A DNA stretch of 64,000 bases from Lepidodermella squamata (Eukaryota > Animalia > Gastrotricha): NCBI GenBank assembly GCA_047495785.1, contig JBLDXI010000024.1, positions 4,340,001-4,404,000 on the forward strand, in the 5' to 3' direction. The notes beneath the pieces were generated by a model, which did no database searches, was not told the DNA's origin, and worked only from the letters and a program-made list of their open reading frames with translations. The position numbers were made by a program, and so were the translations under genes. This document shows positions 39,301 to 64,000 of the stretch, in pieces; the stretch's first letter is position 1; every line of letters begins with the position of its first letter.

Positions 39301-41724
39301 AGCACAGCACGGGTACTGGCATTTGATTCATCGGGAATATGTAGTAGACACCGTCAGGGCTAGCATTATTTTGGTCGTAAATATCAGCGCACTCGTATGG
39401 CTTTCTGTACAACGGCCTGATCATCATCATCACACTTTTCAGTGAATTAGTTCGCCCAGTCCAACTAGCCCATGTAATACCCTGCTCGTAGGTGTTATTC
39501 AGAGCTTTCCCGTTAAGATTCGAGTCTAGGCATGAGCCAGCCGAACAAGTTTTGAACCACCAGCCTCCAGTTCGATTTGACCAGACTTGAAAAGTTTGAT
39601 TGTTGTGGGAAGACAAGGAATCGCCTGGATCTTCCGGATCATTCAGCCAATTGTAACCAGTGACATACAGACTAAAACCACTGGCCTCATTTGAAATAGT
39701 AAACGTTTTATACCGAGCAGTTCGACGAGATCCGTAAATATCTTCCATCACAACAGCCAACTCGTAAGGATGGATTCTAGTCAGGGAGCTGAGCGGCTGG
39801 TTTCCCAAATAGAATGCCTTGCCCGTGCTGACGCCGAACCCGTTTCGGAAAGCAATAAAGCTCTTGCTAAAATTATTACCGGCGAGGTCGTAGTTACGCT
39901 GAATAATAATCCAACCGCCGCCATTCGCCGCCATTTCGCAATAGACAGGAAATAAAGAAAAACTCGGAGGGTTGATATCGTAACGTCCAGTTGGAGCAGC
40001 AGGGTTATTATATAGGACATCAGTGCAATCGGTTGGCTTTGACTTAATCGGAGATTTAGCTGAAAGGGAAGTCAAGGTCTATTTGAATTAGCTAGGTCAA
40101 TGCCAAACCTGGTATCGCGCTCGAAAGGCCTGATCTTCGCAACATGATTGCGGTTGATTTGAACGACTCACAGCATCCCTTCCATGAAAACCAGTTGATA
40201 CCACTCAACGGATCGGTTGAGCCATAGATTCTAGAGTTGAATGCAGGTCAATTATGTTTCATGATACATAAGCTATGCTTACCCGTTCAGGTTCCCAACA
40301 CATGCAGTTCCATACCACCAAGCAGCGTAATTTGTAACTGCACAATTAACTGTTACATTCGCATCATTGTCACGATTCTTCGCAGTAAATTTTTGATTGT
40401 TACTGCTACTGAACTGATCCTGCATGTTTCCGCCGAAAAACGAGCCAACTCTCGCAGTGTAATCAGTTGCTGTCGGGCCGACACTGAAGCTGTTATAGAC
40501 AGCTATTCCGTAAATTTCGTCAAACGTAAAAGCCGAAAACATCAACACGTAAACGTTGTGGGGCGAACCAGTGATGGCATTCAAAGCTTGAAGACCGAGC
40601 CAAAAGTTGTTAGTCAAATTACCGAAACCGGACTCAAAAGCTGCGAAAGTCTGATAGAAATCAAGGGCTTTGCTGATTCGACGCTGGAATACAGTCCATC
40701 CGCCACCGTACCCCTCCATATCACAGTATACTTGAAGAGGTAGCTTAGCAGGGGGGTAGATTGTGTACACGCCGCTAGTTAGTGGGGTTTGAGATTGCAA
40801 CGCCAAATCTTCGCAGTCTATCGGCGGCATATCCCATTTATCTAATAAACTATATTTTCAGGGAGAGTTTATCTGATTTAAAGAGCTTTACCACAGTGAA
40901 GCCAAGGATCGGGCGTTGAATATGTTGTAGCATCGTTTGTGTAGCCTATGGGACATATGCATCCTGTAGCGTCACAGCTCGTGCAACCAACATGGCTAGG
41001 GCATCCATAGATGAGAAACCGCATGCGAACATTACTCATCGAGATGCTACTCGATATGGGATGTATTCTCAACTTTTGGGAACGGATGACTGGACAAAGA
41101 GACGTTTTAGCGAATGTTATCTCACTAACACCTCCAGCATTTGAAAAGGTCTTAACAGCACTTTTTGAATCACTCTGGTTTACCAGGATTGGGTAGAACA
41201 ACGGATCGAGCGAAGCTCTGGCGAGAAAGCTAATCTGGAATGTAGTCAAGTAACCACCCGACCCTCCACCAGCTATACTAATCGCAGCGATCGAGATTTC
41301 GCGGCCGAAATTGAACTCAATGAAAGGTGCAGGGTCGGAACCTGAAGGCATCCAATTTTTGTTTGAAGCCAGATTGCCGTTGCCATCAGATCCCACTCCA
41401 GATGACGCGGTTATAGAACCTCCCCAAGCGCCTAAAAGTGTTAGTAGCTCTGAATCACAACCGGCGACTAAATTTAAAATCATTAAAATATATATTTACA
41501 ATTGAATTATTGCGCCTACAAGTTGTGCACGAAGATCCAGTCCACTCTGGCGTGCAACTGCAAGTATTTAAAGCAACGCACGTTCCCCCATTTGAACATG
41601 ACGGCGTGCACTCTGTCAAAATACGCGAAGAAGTTTATTTTATCGTAATTTCCAATTATTTACGTGAATTTGCTGAGTCAATGCTGTTCAGACTGAGAAG
41701 CAAGGCAAAAATAAGGTATTGCAT
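30350..41724 (-). CDS. Polycystin-1-like receptor, copy C (most divergent, apparently intact, roughly 3,400 aa): SP-EGF-F5/8C-FReD x4-PAN-Sushi x3-EGF x9-GAIN-like-TM1-PLAT-TM2-5-PKD channel
   Basis: ATG 41724 (MQYLIFALLLSLNSIDSANS). ORFs 40878-41483, 40279-40830, 39119-40075, 38660-39094, 36828-38453, 33679-35319, 32926-33624, 30793-32868, 30350-30853. Polycystin motifs HPWLS..RP..S.WTR.ERL.C, GPIRLRQQRV, Y..GGYYVDL, WLDNAT.VLFVD..L(Y/F)NAQVN. Length is estimated. Confidence 0.88.
35590..36940 (-). repeat. Array of about 9 EGF-like modules of copy C
   Basis: Same repeating phase-1 EGF exons as in copies B and D. Confidence 0.8.
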
Positions 41725-43982
41725 CACGCCTTATACGTATAGATTTCACCATCTAGTGTAACGCGACATTTTTCTTGTCTCTCGTTGATGGTCTGATGGG
41801 GGTTGACGGATAGTTCAATACGTGCGTCTTTATTGCTTGCCAAGTGCTAATAATAGCTTAACCTAAAAAACAAGTGATAGAGAGTTGGTAATTATTCCTT
41901 TGTCGCCGCGGTTTATTTTCCTTTTTTTGCTATCTCAGCATAGCACGTTCTAGCCGTTAAATAATTTATAAGCAAGCTATTAATTAGAAATGCGATGCGC
42001 CATACGCACCTTAGATGAGAGGCGTACGTCTCTTTACAAAAAAAACAAAGCCTATAATAGCCATTGCTATCGAAAATATCTCTTTCTTCCTCGAGCAAAA
42101 GACTTATGAATTGTCTCTTCTGTCTGCTGGCTCCTCTTCTTATTTAGACGCAATCAATATTACGAACAATGTGCTGCCTGGTTACCAAACTCCATCATAA
42201 CGCAGGAAACCTTCCTTCAAAAATAGGATGTGGTTGCTAAGATTGAGTGAAGGAATCGTAATTAGCCAAATCCAACATATGCACATTTCAGCTATTTGTT
42301 ACCATCGCAGACCATACAGAAATATGTAACATGCCGTTATGGCGACATCAAGCCCGCACGGTCCCATCGCTTGTAGCAGCGTGAATTAAATTTATATTCC
42401 TAAACTCAAACATAACTGTATACATCATAAGTATTCTTAAAATTATAAGAAGCTTTTATGCAGATTTATGGCACCCTCGAGCGACTTTAAATTTGTGCAT
42501 TTTTTACTTTCAGCAACGGTGAGGAATTGGCTCATGACATTTTGGGTGCTTACTGGAATGGGTTTTGACTGTTTATGGTCGAAATATGAGCGCGGAGAAC
42601 CTCATGGTTTGAAAGAGTGGACATTTTTATGCAGGTAGAAATCTGGATATAATGCCCAAACACGAATACTCATGTTGCTTGAATAAATTAATTTTGTTCG
42701 AAAAAATTAACCTCAAATAATCGTTTAACAGATATTTTGTTTCATTCCTGTTTCAAATCGAACGATTTTTGCACTGAATTCTTTTCTGGTGGAAATCACG
42801 CCCTGCATCGACGATTAAATCCTCGGAAAAGCAGTCGATACTAACAAATAGAGTCTGCTGGCACCAACCATAATCAGCTCGCGAAAACCGCAATGTTCAA
42901 GGTTTTGAACTAATACAAAAGCCCGAATTGGCCATTCCGATTCCGGCGATCAATCCTACGACCTACGACGATGACGGCGATTACTTTGAAGGCGTTGCTG
43001 AACAACTGCAGCGAAACATCGAAAAATTTGCGTTCGAGACAATTGGCGATTGGCACGGTGCAAATTTCCAGGAAACGATTCGGTTGAAACTATTTTCGGA
43101 GGAATATCTCGGTGCATGTCAAATGTCAAGAACCATTTTGATTGTTTATATAAGCTCATCTCTCGCAGTTGAACTTTTCGATCATATCCAGGGGTTTTTG
43201 CCGCTCGGAAAATCGTAAAACTGTAGCTATCACGTCCGCTCGAATGAATGGGATTATTCTTCGCTTCACGAATGAAACCGTGAAAACTGTTAGTACATAC
43301 CAGAGCTTCTGAGCGGCTAAACCCCCCAGAATACTATCGGACGAGTCGCCAGCAAGCTCCTACCGAGTTATTTCGCGGTGAATTTCCCAAAATTCGCTAT
43401 TCAGAGCGGTTCGCGATGTGAGCAGCGATTTGAGTGAGATTCCTGAGCAGCTGGCAGTGCGTCTCGACTTTTTTGTGGTAAATTTAGCTACCACACCCCG
43501 AGCTGAGCAGCAAATAGTTCTAAAGCTTCCTGTATCCAGATTTTTGAAAATTGGTGGAAATACACGACTTCTATGTTACTTTAATGCTATTTTTCTTGCT
43601 CCTTCCAAGTTTCTTGTAAACAGGATACAAGATCCAGGGTCCAGGATAGTTTCCCCTGGTGCTGCTACAGCCGCTTCGCTGTTGCTGTTGAGTGAGTCAA
43701 TGTTTGGCTAGTCCAAAACAGACGTAAGTATTTTCGTCGTCATTCGATCGTTCGATGTGCAAACGTTTTCGTTTTGGACACACAGTAGCTGCCAAGTCTC
43801 GATTGTAGTTCACACAACGCTTATGATAACGACGGCGGTTTTGTTCGCTTTGGGCTGATAATTCATTTATTATCAGAAGTATCCAACATTCACATGCTGA
43901 ACAAAGGAATTCTAAAAAGCGGCAACCAGAGCCCCTTATGATACTTGAGAATGTATACCTATCAATTCGATAATAACATACT

Positions 43983-43995
43983 GTTGTTAGGCAAC
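43983..43995 (+). promoter_or_regulatory. RFX X-box-like motif upstream of copy D
   Basis: GTTGTTAGGCAAC about 350 nt upstream of ATG 44348; matches the palindromic X-box pattern GTTGCYNRGCAAC with one mismatch. Confidence 0.5.
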
Positions 43996-44347
43996 AAGCC
44001 ATCTGAATTCAATCGCTCGATTGTCAAAATGGGCGGTGCGTATCGATGGCGTTTGGGCAGGAAAATGCATCATGAAAAATGCATATACCAATGTTATAAA
44101 TTGTCTTGCTTCTATTTTGCTCCTTAAGATGGTTTTTTCAGGCGAATGCAAGCGGAAAAAACGAGCTGAATATTTATGATATATATCATGAATATGTATT
44201 ACTTCATTAATAAACACAATGAATTGCTATATGAATAGCAGAAGCTAGAAAGTTCGAGACGTCGAGGAAAATCGAGAAAATACAATCCCTGAACTTCTAT
44301 CAAATTTCGGCCGAATTTTTATAATATAGGTGAATTTCACACTGTTC

Positions 44348-57276
<12,929 letters not shown>

Positions 57277-58683
57277 CATTCAATTTTATTTACGAACGAA
57301 GGCTAATGTGCTGATTCTTCATCCGACAAAATAAACGACTAAAATTGGCTTGTTTGAAATTCTTGTGAAACTTATTAGAAACCCAATTGAGCCTGTAAGC
57401 CTCTTAAAGAAGGTATACCCCGTAAATCGACCATGTCAACGCGACGCACTGAAATTGGAAATGACGGCCAGAGATCGGAATAAGTGGCAACTAGTGTATA
57501 ATAACATCGAAAATTATGAATTTATGGGTAAAAGCAGGTTGTTCGCGACCAATCTGTCGGCCACAGAAGCCGATTGCTGTCAGCCGTTCCCTAAAGCCTA
57601 AACCCTCAGGAGGAACCTTAAACCTTAAGGATCCCAACGTAATGATGAATTACGTTCGGCGTTTTGAAAATGGAAATGGATTGAACATGCGTGATCCCTG
57701 AAGTGACCTGCTCATAATATAACCTTTTTGGTATTTGGCAGCTCGAGTTTCAAAGGTTTCATTCATTATGCATTACCTGGCCGTTCGAAAGAAGCGTTAA
57801 ACAAAGAAATGAGAAGATGATCATTCGATCGAAAAGACAATATTGCATTTATCATTTATCATTCATAGTTTTCAGTTCATGTAAGAACTCAGCCAGCATG
57901 GTTAGTAGGCCAGAATAGTCAAATGAACCCATGAGTACTGCGAAAGGTGATTAAGTATTAAGTAGGCATCGATTCTCACGCTCACCCGAGTTTTCTTGAA
58001 GCGTTGATACTGATTGATCCCTCACGGACACATGAATAATAAACGCAAACTTGACGAAACCAGAGACAAAAAAGCTCATAGTCGAGTTATTGAATGACGT
58101 CAACAATAGGTAGAAGATCGTCATACTAGCTAAACTTGCTCCAACGGTAACGGCCGAAATATTAATAATTTAGCTCACGTTTCTTTGACACCGAATAGCA
58201 CTGTTTAAAATGATGAAACCGGACAAGATAATATCGATTTTTACGGTATTTTCATTGAAGCCATATTGAATGCAACACTTGAATACAAAATTGTGCACAA
58301 TTCCGTGCGGTATAATTAAATGAGTGCAAACAATTTGTTCTTTGTTTAAAAAAGAGAAGAAAAAATGCGGTGAACGGTGAAAAAGGGCAGCGCCTACAGC
58401 AGCAACTGAACAATGTGAACGCCAACTTGTAAAAATATATAACGAAGCTGCTTTCCGATGATGAGGCACGCCCTGGATAATCCGTTATTCTAAGATTAAA
58501 ATGTTGCCTATTTTTCTAAGAGATATGATGAAACAGCGATTGAACAGCGTTTCTGATGTTCAATAATAAATGCAGCCAGACAATGGCATAAGTTAACGTG
58601 AACGAAAGAGAATTTTTTACACTTTTGAGAGAGGCAGTAATGCAAAATTCATGGCAGGTAGGGAAGTTGAGGTGAATAAAAAA

Positions 58684-58696
58684 TTTGCTAGGCAAC
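58684..58696 (+). promoter_or_regulatory. RFX X-box-like motif upstream of pseudogene E
   Basis: TTTGCTAGGCAAC, preceded by ATGCAAAATTCATG at 58640-58653, which is also present upstream of copy F (62547-62560). Confidence 0.45.
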
Positions 58697-58858
58697 AAGA
58701 TCTTGATTAACCTGGATATGACAATATATAACGAGTAAAAGAATCCAGCTTTGCGTGGCTTCGCGTGGCCAGTTTCGAAATTGCGAAACACACTCGATTA
58801 TAATGTTCATGTTTTTCACTATGAATAATTTTACTTTGATTTCGACACTTTTCTGCAG

Positions 58859-60350
58859 GAGTGCGATCCAGCTGTTCTACTGATAGCAATTGCCCCAACG
58901 GAGGCAAATGCTTGAATGGGCTATGCCATTGCGCCGAGCCATGGGGTGGGATATTCTGCGCAAGCAGTGGTTTGTAATACAACAAAATTTCGTCTCAATC
59001 CCAACCAAATATATGTCACAGGTGGGACATTTTGCAAACCCGCGGGTGCCCAATATCCCCGATGCCTAAACGGAGGAACGTGTCCGGCGGCTAGTAGTTC
59101 GGCAACTGTATGCACTTGTGCTAATTCTTACACAGGGCGTTTCTGCGAGTTTTGTTAGCTCAGCGCTTTACCGCGCCCAAATTATATTTCTCATAATATG
59201 ACTCAAAACTATACATGACTATTGCAAAAACTATCAAACTATACATGACTGTCAGTTACATGACTATTGCAGAATAGCTATTCTGCAATATACCATAGCT
59301 TACCTAAAAAATGTTGCTAATGCTACAACTGTTGTTTACTCGGTTGACCTCGGCTTGGCAAGGTACGAATGTGAAAAAAGTGTTACTCGGTCGGTAGCGA
59401 AGAAAGAGTGCTATCTTCTGCCTTCGGAGTATACTCTGGGGATTCATTTTCGTGCAGTCGTAAGTTGAACAGCTATGTGAGCCTTACGTAAGCCTTTGTA
59501 ATCATACAGCTCGGCCATTGCCATACGACTGCAGTACAATCCGGGAGTACAACTCAGCGATGGGATTTCCTAGTGAATCTGGCGTATTCACAAAAGCGTT
59601 TCTAAAGCTCTTGAGAAGAATGACCCAGCTGAAACAATTTTCAAACCTGTTGGAGAACGAAATCTAGCAAAATGTAAGCTCTGCTTACTGGTTTTTTTTA
59701 TCTATAACGTTTTATTTCCTCTAGTGGAGTTTTCAATTCATCGCTTCTCGCGCCTCGTTGAGTCGCGAATCGAGGACGATGCTTACGAGCGAGTTGCGAA
59801 ACGCGAGCGTTGCCTGATGCATTGGATGGACATGAAATTGCATGCTTTACGGCTACGTAGACGGATGAACCCTGTTCAGCGTCAGGTGCCTGCAGCCATC
59901 AACACGTCAACGAAGGTCAAGCTGTTCCAGCATGGGGACAAGTTTATCACACAACGAGGTCATTTCGTTAAGAATGTCGAACATCCGCGACTATCTGAAC
60001 CAGTGCCTCATTCGATCCCTCAGGATTGCCAAATGCAGCCTGCGTTCAATGCCTATGCGCCAGTATTGCCGAAGCAAATGATTTTGCCTCAAATCGTCAA
60101 ACAAAACGCCTCAATTCCTGATTTCATGTTCAAGGACAAGGCCACGAAAAACGAAACCCCAGTCGGAAAACAACCACAAAAAGGACCGTCAGTTCAACCA
60201 CAGGTCTCTCCGAGCCAGAAATCGCTGTGGGGTATGCTTTTCCCGAAAAAATAGCAGCCCGGTAGCCTGCCAGTCGGATCCGTTCGTGGAATGTACGATT
60301 CGAAGAAACACGGCGGAAGTAGTCATTTGCATCCCTATCCGACACATTAA
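58859..60350 (+). pseudogene. Copy E: internally deleted polycystin pseudogene
   Basis: Two EGF exons similar to copy F, then the Sushi-like linker exon (59299-59459, 1-nt frameshift), then the FReD4 start RPLPYDCSTIREYNSAMGFPSESGVF fused out of frame to post-S6 VSKALEK...FKPVGERNLAK. The last exon has an in-frame TAG (60252-60254) followed by the conserved tail to 60350. Confidence 0.85.
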
Positions 60351-60949
60351 ATAAAAGAAATCTGAAATTCAGAGAATTTCGGTGATTACATGACCATTTT
60401 TCAGTGACTACTATGAACCCATCAATAACAAGCAACATGTTTTCTGACGATTTGATAGAATACAAGCGTGTCAAGCATTTCCAGTTGTTTGTAACTAACA
60501 AAATAGAGCGGCAGCTGCATTGTGCTTGAGCTAAATAGTAGAATTTCTGCGCGCGCGCTGATTGGTCAATCGATTGTTGCTATGACTCCCTGATGAAACA
60601 TGTTCGTTCGATCCATAAGATTATCGCATCAATGAAAACCGTGCAGAGGGTGTGGCCTGGTCATTTATTGCATAAATGCTTTTTCGTAATAAATGTACGG
60701 CGACGTTGATAAAAGCAGCCCGTGTTAAAAGAACGGGTCACAGGTCTGACGCCGGGCCTAGTGCCGTTATCGAGGGAGTACTGCATTTCTATTACTATTG
60801 ATCAAAAATTGCCATCTCATCAGCTGAAATAATCTTTAAAGACGCATGTCTTCTTGGTAACGTCTTCTTGGTCTTCTTGGTAAACCGCGCCAAAACACTA
60901 CTTTTTGCGATCTTTACAACTTGAACGTATTAATTTTTCATGTTGAAAT

Positions 60950-61538
60950 TGGTTGGTTTAGGTTTAGGTTAAGTTAAGCAATGATATACTTGAGCTGAAG
61001 TCATTTCAGCATACGACATTTGCTCAGTGTGAATTTGAGCAAAACATAATTTAAGCGGACGACAGTTCAGCAGAATTATAGAATTTGCATTTTAGTAACT
61101 TTTCTGCAAATGCATAATGCATTTTAGCAGATGTATATTTCAGCAGAAGACATTTTGTCAGAACGACACTTCAGAAGATGAAGACAATCTAAAGGATAAA
61201 CAGCCTCTTCACTCAATGCAGGATTTAAAAGAAGGTTAACCGTCGTCCGCTTAACACAGTTTCAGCTGAATAGTACAATTGCTTATAAGTCATCTGCTAA
61301 AGAGTCGTTTGCTGAATTGTACAGCTGCTAAAGTGGAAGTTGCTGAAGTATCGATTGCTAAAAAGCCGTTTGCTGAAATAGCGATTGCTAAACTAAGTTC
61401 TGCTTAACTGTCGCCTGCCAAAGTGCTGTCTGCTGAAATAGCGCCTGCTGAAGTAGCGACTGCTAAAGTGTCTCCTGCTCAAATATCAATGCTGAAGTGA
61501 CGTTGTTGAACTACGTTCTGCTGAACTGTCTTACAACC
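60950..61538. repeat. Degenerate inverted-repeat element with 15-bp periodic TGCT(G/A)AA arrays
   Basis: Right arm 61260-61530 has TGCTGAA/TGCTAAA about every 15 nt; left arm 61000-61180 has the complementary TTCAGCA/TTTAGCA; GGTTTAGGTTTAGGTTAAG at the left edge; no clear TSD. Confidence 0.6.
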
Positions 61539-62710
61539 TTTTAAGTTATAACTAGGCAAACAGTGAAACACGTTGAGAAAATTCTGCCTATGTCGGCGGA
61601 ATCACCCATAAATAGATATGTATTGCGTTCGGGCAAACAACAAGACTGATACGTAGGCGAATGATAATGATAAAAGATTCTTGTACGCTCGCAGCAATGG
61701 AAAGCCATTAATGAAGACATGCCGCCAGTTAATCATATTATACTGATGCTCTCTATAGGTGAACGAAGGCTTTTCTTATATCTACTGTATTATTATGCAC
61801 GCTTTTCTAAAGATTACATTTATTATGCATTATAGCTGCGCACCTGTTCGTTCGAAAAAAATGTCTCAGACAAAGACAGCAGAGTTTGATCATTCGATCA
61901 CACGGACAAAATCGATCACTTTATTATAGCGTAGTTCATGTAAAATTGGCTCAGTATTCGGTCGGGCTATCGAAATTCGGTCAAGCGGACTGAAGTATTA
62001 TACATAAAATGCGATATAGCTGTTCTTACTTCTATCGGAACAGTTATACTTCACTCGATTCTAACTGCTGAACTATCAATAATTTAGTTAACACTTCCTT
62101 GCGCATCAAGGCGTCGAATAACGCTGTTTAGTAGCGATGAATATGCTAGAAAACCGGACACTAGTATGTCGATTTGCAAAACCTTGTGATCAGTTGCCTT
62201 TTTGAAACAAAAACGATTTGGGCTTTACCATTGTGTAATGTTCACAGAAAAGAAAACACTTTGAATAGTGTCGAACGAACGAAAATTACGCTACCAGCAA
62301 CAGACAATGCGAACGCCAACGCTCGACAGCATTAAATGTAACGGGCATATCAAATGAAGCCCTGTACGAAAGCAGCCAAGTAATGCGCGCTTCGATGCCG
62401 CCAATGAATTGATAATATGTTGTTTAAGATTATGAGGGATTTGGAAATTACACAACTTTCAGGTGATCAATTATGCATGCGGTTAAACAATGGCAACTAA
62501 AAAGCTGCTACCGGATCGGGAGAGTTACATTTAGAGAGACGCAGTAATGCAAAATTCATGATAGAACAATTGATGGCCAGGATAAGGGGATGATTCGAGA
62601 CGTTTGTGTGAAGGGGCGTAGGCTGGGAATTTCTAATAAATTGGTGAGAGAAATTGTTTCTAGTTTTAACTCTGCCGGTTTTTTTTCAAAACAACGAAAC
62701 ATATTCGAGA

Positions 62711-63265
62711 ATGTATATCCTATGTGTAATTTTAATACTACTCACCGTTGTAATTCAAGGTTTTTTTGGTAAAAATAAGCCGACTTTGATAAATTTTTTG
62801 TTTGCAGGAGCCTGGTGTATTACTTATTGTAATTCTATTGGGGATTGCGAAAATGGGGGAACCTGTTCGAAGGGGCTATGCTATTGCCCCGTGCCGTGGG
62901 GAGGCCATCGCTGCGAAAATAATAGTTGGTGACCGCTCTAGTCTCACAAGCAATTTGATAAGTGATAAATATACATCGTACAGACGGGAGATATTGTAAG
63001 GAGTCCGGCACCAACTATCCCGCGTGTAAAAACGGTGGATCCTGCATAAACGATGACCTTGGAGCATCATGCCTTTGCCCTCCTTTATTTACTGGGCGTT
63101 TTTGCGAGTTATGTAAGCTCAGCACGCTTACGCAAGTTGCTCATTATTACTTACTACTCATTATCACAGATAATTGTTCAACACCCTGCCAGAACAATGG
63201 TACTTGCACTGCTCAGTTAACTTGCAACTGCACAGCAGGATGGACTGGGTCAACATGCGCATCAG
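62711..63265 (+). CDS. Copy F, first exons (signal peptide + 3 EGF); remainder beyond the window or interrupted
   Basis: MYILCVILILLTVVIQ|GAWCITYCNSIGDCENGGTC..., NYPACKNGGSC...GRFCE (homologous to the DYPWC.NGGTC...GRYC exon of A, B, D), then DNCSTPCQNNGTC. Shares upstream motifs with the other copies. Confidence 0.65.
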
Positions 63266-64000
63266 GTATAAGTGAAAGCTAAAATTATAACTTTTGATTC
63301 TTAACAAATTGAAAAATATTCATAAAAGATTATTCCCTTTAAGTCAGTCTCCAGCAAACTACAAGTGCAAATGTAGTCAGCATTGCAGGACGCTAAAAAA
63401 TCCAAAAACAATTTGCTTGTTCCTCGCACAGTGCGCGAAGTAGTATCCTCGAACTATTATCGGGGTTATTTTCGGGCCCTAATTTGTTGTCCAAAGGGTC
63501 CATTCTGTGGGTTTTTCCGGGGTTTTTTCTACTTTGGTATGCCGAACTGGGGGGGTACGATACCCCTCATTCCCCTTGTACGTCGCGCCCTCGCAGACGT
63601 TTCTCAGTTAGTGTTCGCGCGTTCGACAATTTCATCCAATTCCAGCGGGCGAATTACCTTGATAGCTTTGAGGTGTACACTTGAGTTGGTGGTGGGTATT
63701 GTGCTATTAACAGCTGCTACCGTAAATTGGTGCAAAATGGCCACGGAAAAAATGACCCCCTGGGGTTTTCGCATTTTGACTCGTTTCAGAGGGGCCTGAT
63801 TCCAATCTTAAAGAAAGCTCAATTTACCCCAGTTTGGGAAAAATTGGCAACGCGTACACTTATATTGGGTTTTTATTATAACGCGATTGTGAGGGTTGAA
63901 TGGTCGAGTGGCTTTAACGCGCCATCAGAATGACTATTGATTGAATTGATTGCGATTTCATATAATGGCATTCTGAAAATGATTGAACAGCTGTTTCGTC

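Noticed and set aside
42510-43711. Exon-like segment at about 42514-42634 and ORFs 42928-43218 and 43418-43711 in the divergent spacer
   Set aside because: No recognisable domain, non-ATG starts and no coherent gene model.
60951-60978. Telomere-like GGTTTAGGTTTAGGTTAAG
   Set aside because: Only two to three imperfect units at the edge of a repeat element; not an interstitial telomeric array.
61260-61530. Regularly spaced conserved cores with variable spacers, superficially CRISPR-like or pentapeptide-repeat coding
   Set aside because: The period is only 15 nt with 7-nt cores, the context is eukaryotic, there are no cas genes and no ORF.
63340-64000. ORF 63383-63799 and a possible transposon end (CACAGTG at about 63427)
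   Set aside because: The peptide is unrecognisable and the other terminus or TSD is not visible in the window.

Overview
Eukaryotic (invertebrate metazoan-type) DNA with very short introns (mostly about 45-65 nt, GT-AG); the species cannot be determined from the sequence. The window is a tandem array of giant polycystin-1-like (11-TM PKD1-family) genes. Their ectodomain is unusual: signal peptide, 1-5 EGF, F5/8-type C (discoidin), three fibrinogen-related domains (FReD), a short Sushi-like linker, a fourth FReD, PAN/apple, 3 Sushi/CCP, 9-14 EGF, then a GAIN-like stalk, TM1, PLAT, TM2-5 and the PKD channel (TOP + S1-S6). Copies: A (minus, 5' part, runs off the left edge), B (minus, full length but with three lesions), a 3' remnant near 30 kb, C (minus, apparently intact), D (plus, apparently intact), E (plus, doubly deleted pseudogene) and F (plus, 5' exons only). 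All minus copies lie left of a 2.6-kb divergent spacer and all plus copies lie right of it. In B, C and D the autoproteolytic GPS motif is degenerate and a furin-type RxRR site sits about 30 residues upstream. Promoters share RFX X-box-like and POU4-like motifs. A three-exon secreted Sushi-MACPF-P2 (perforin-2/MPEG1-like) gene is embedded in the array. Non-autonomous DNA transposons (CACTA/EnSpm-like, hAT-like, Harbinger-like MITE, TA-TSD MITE) and a truncated tRNA-Arg(UCU) are also present. All domain calls come from motifs read by eye; no database search was run.
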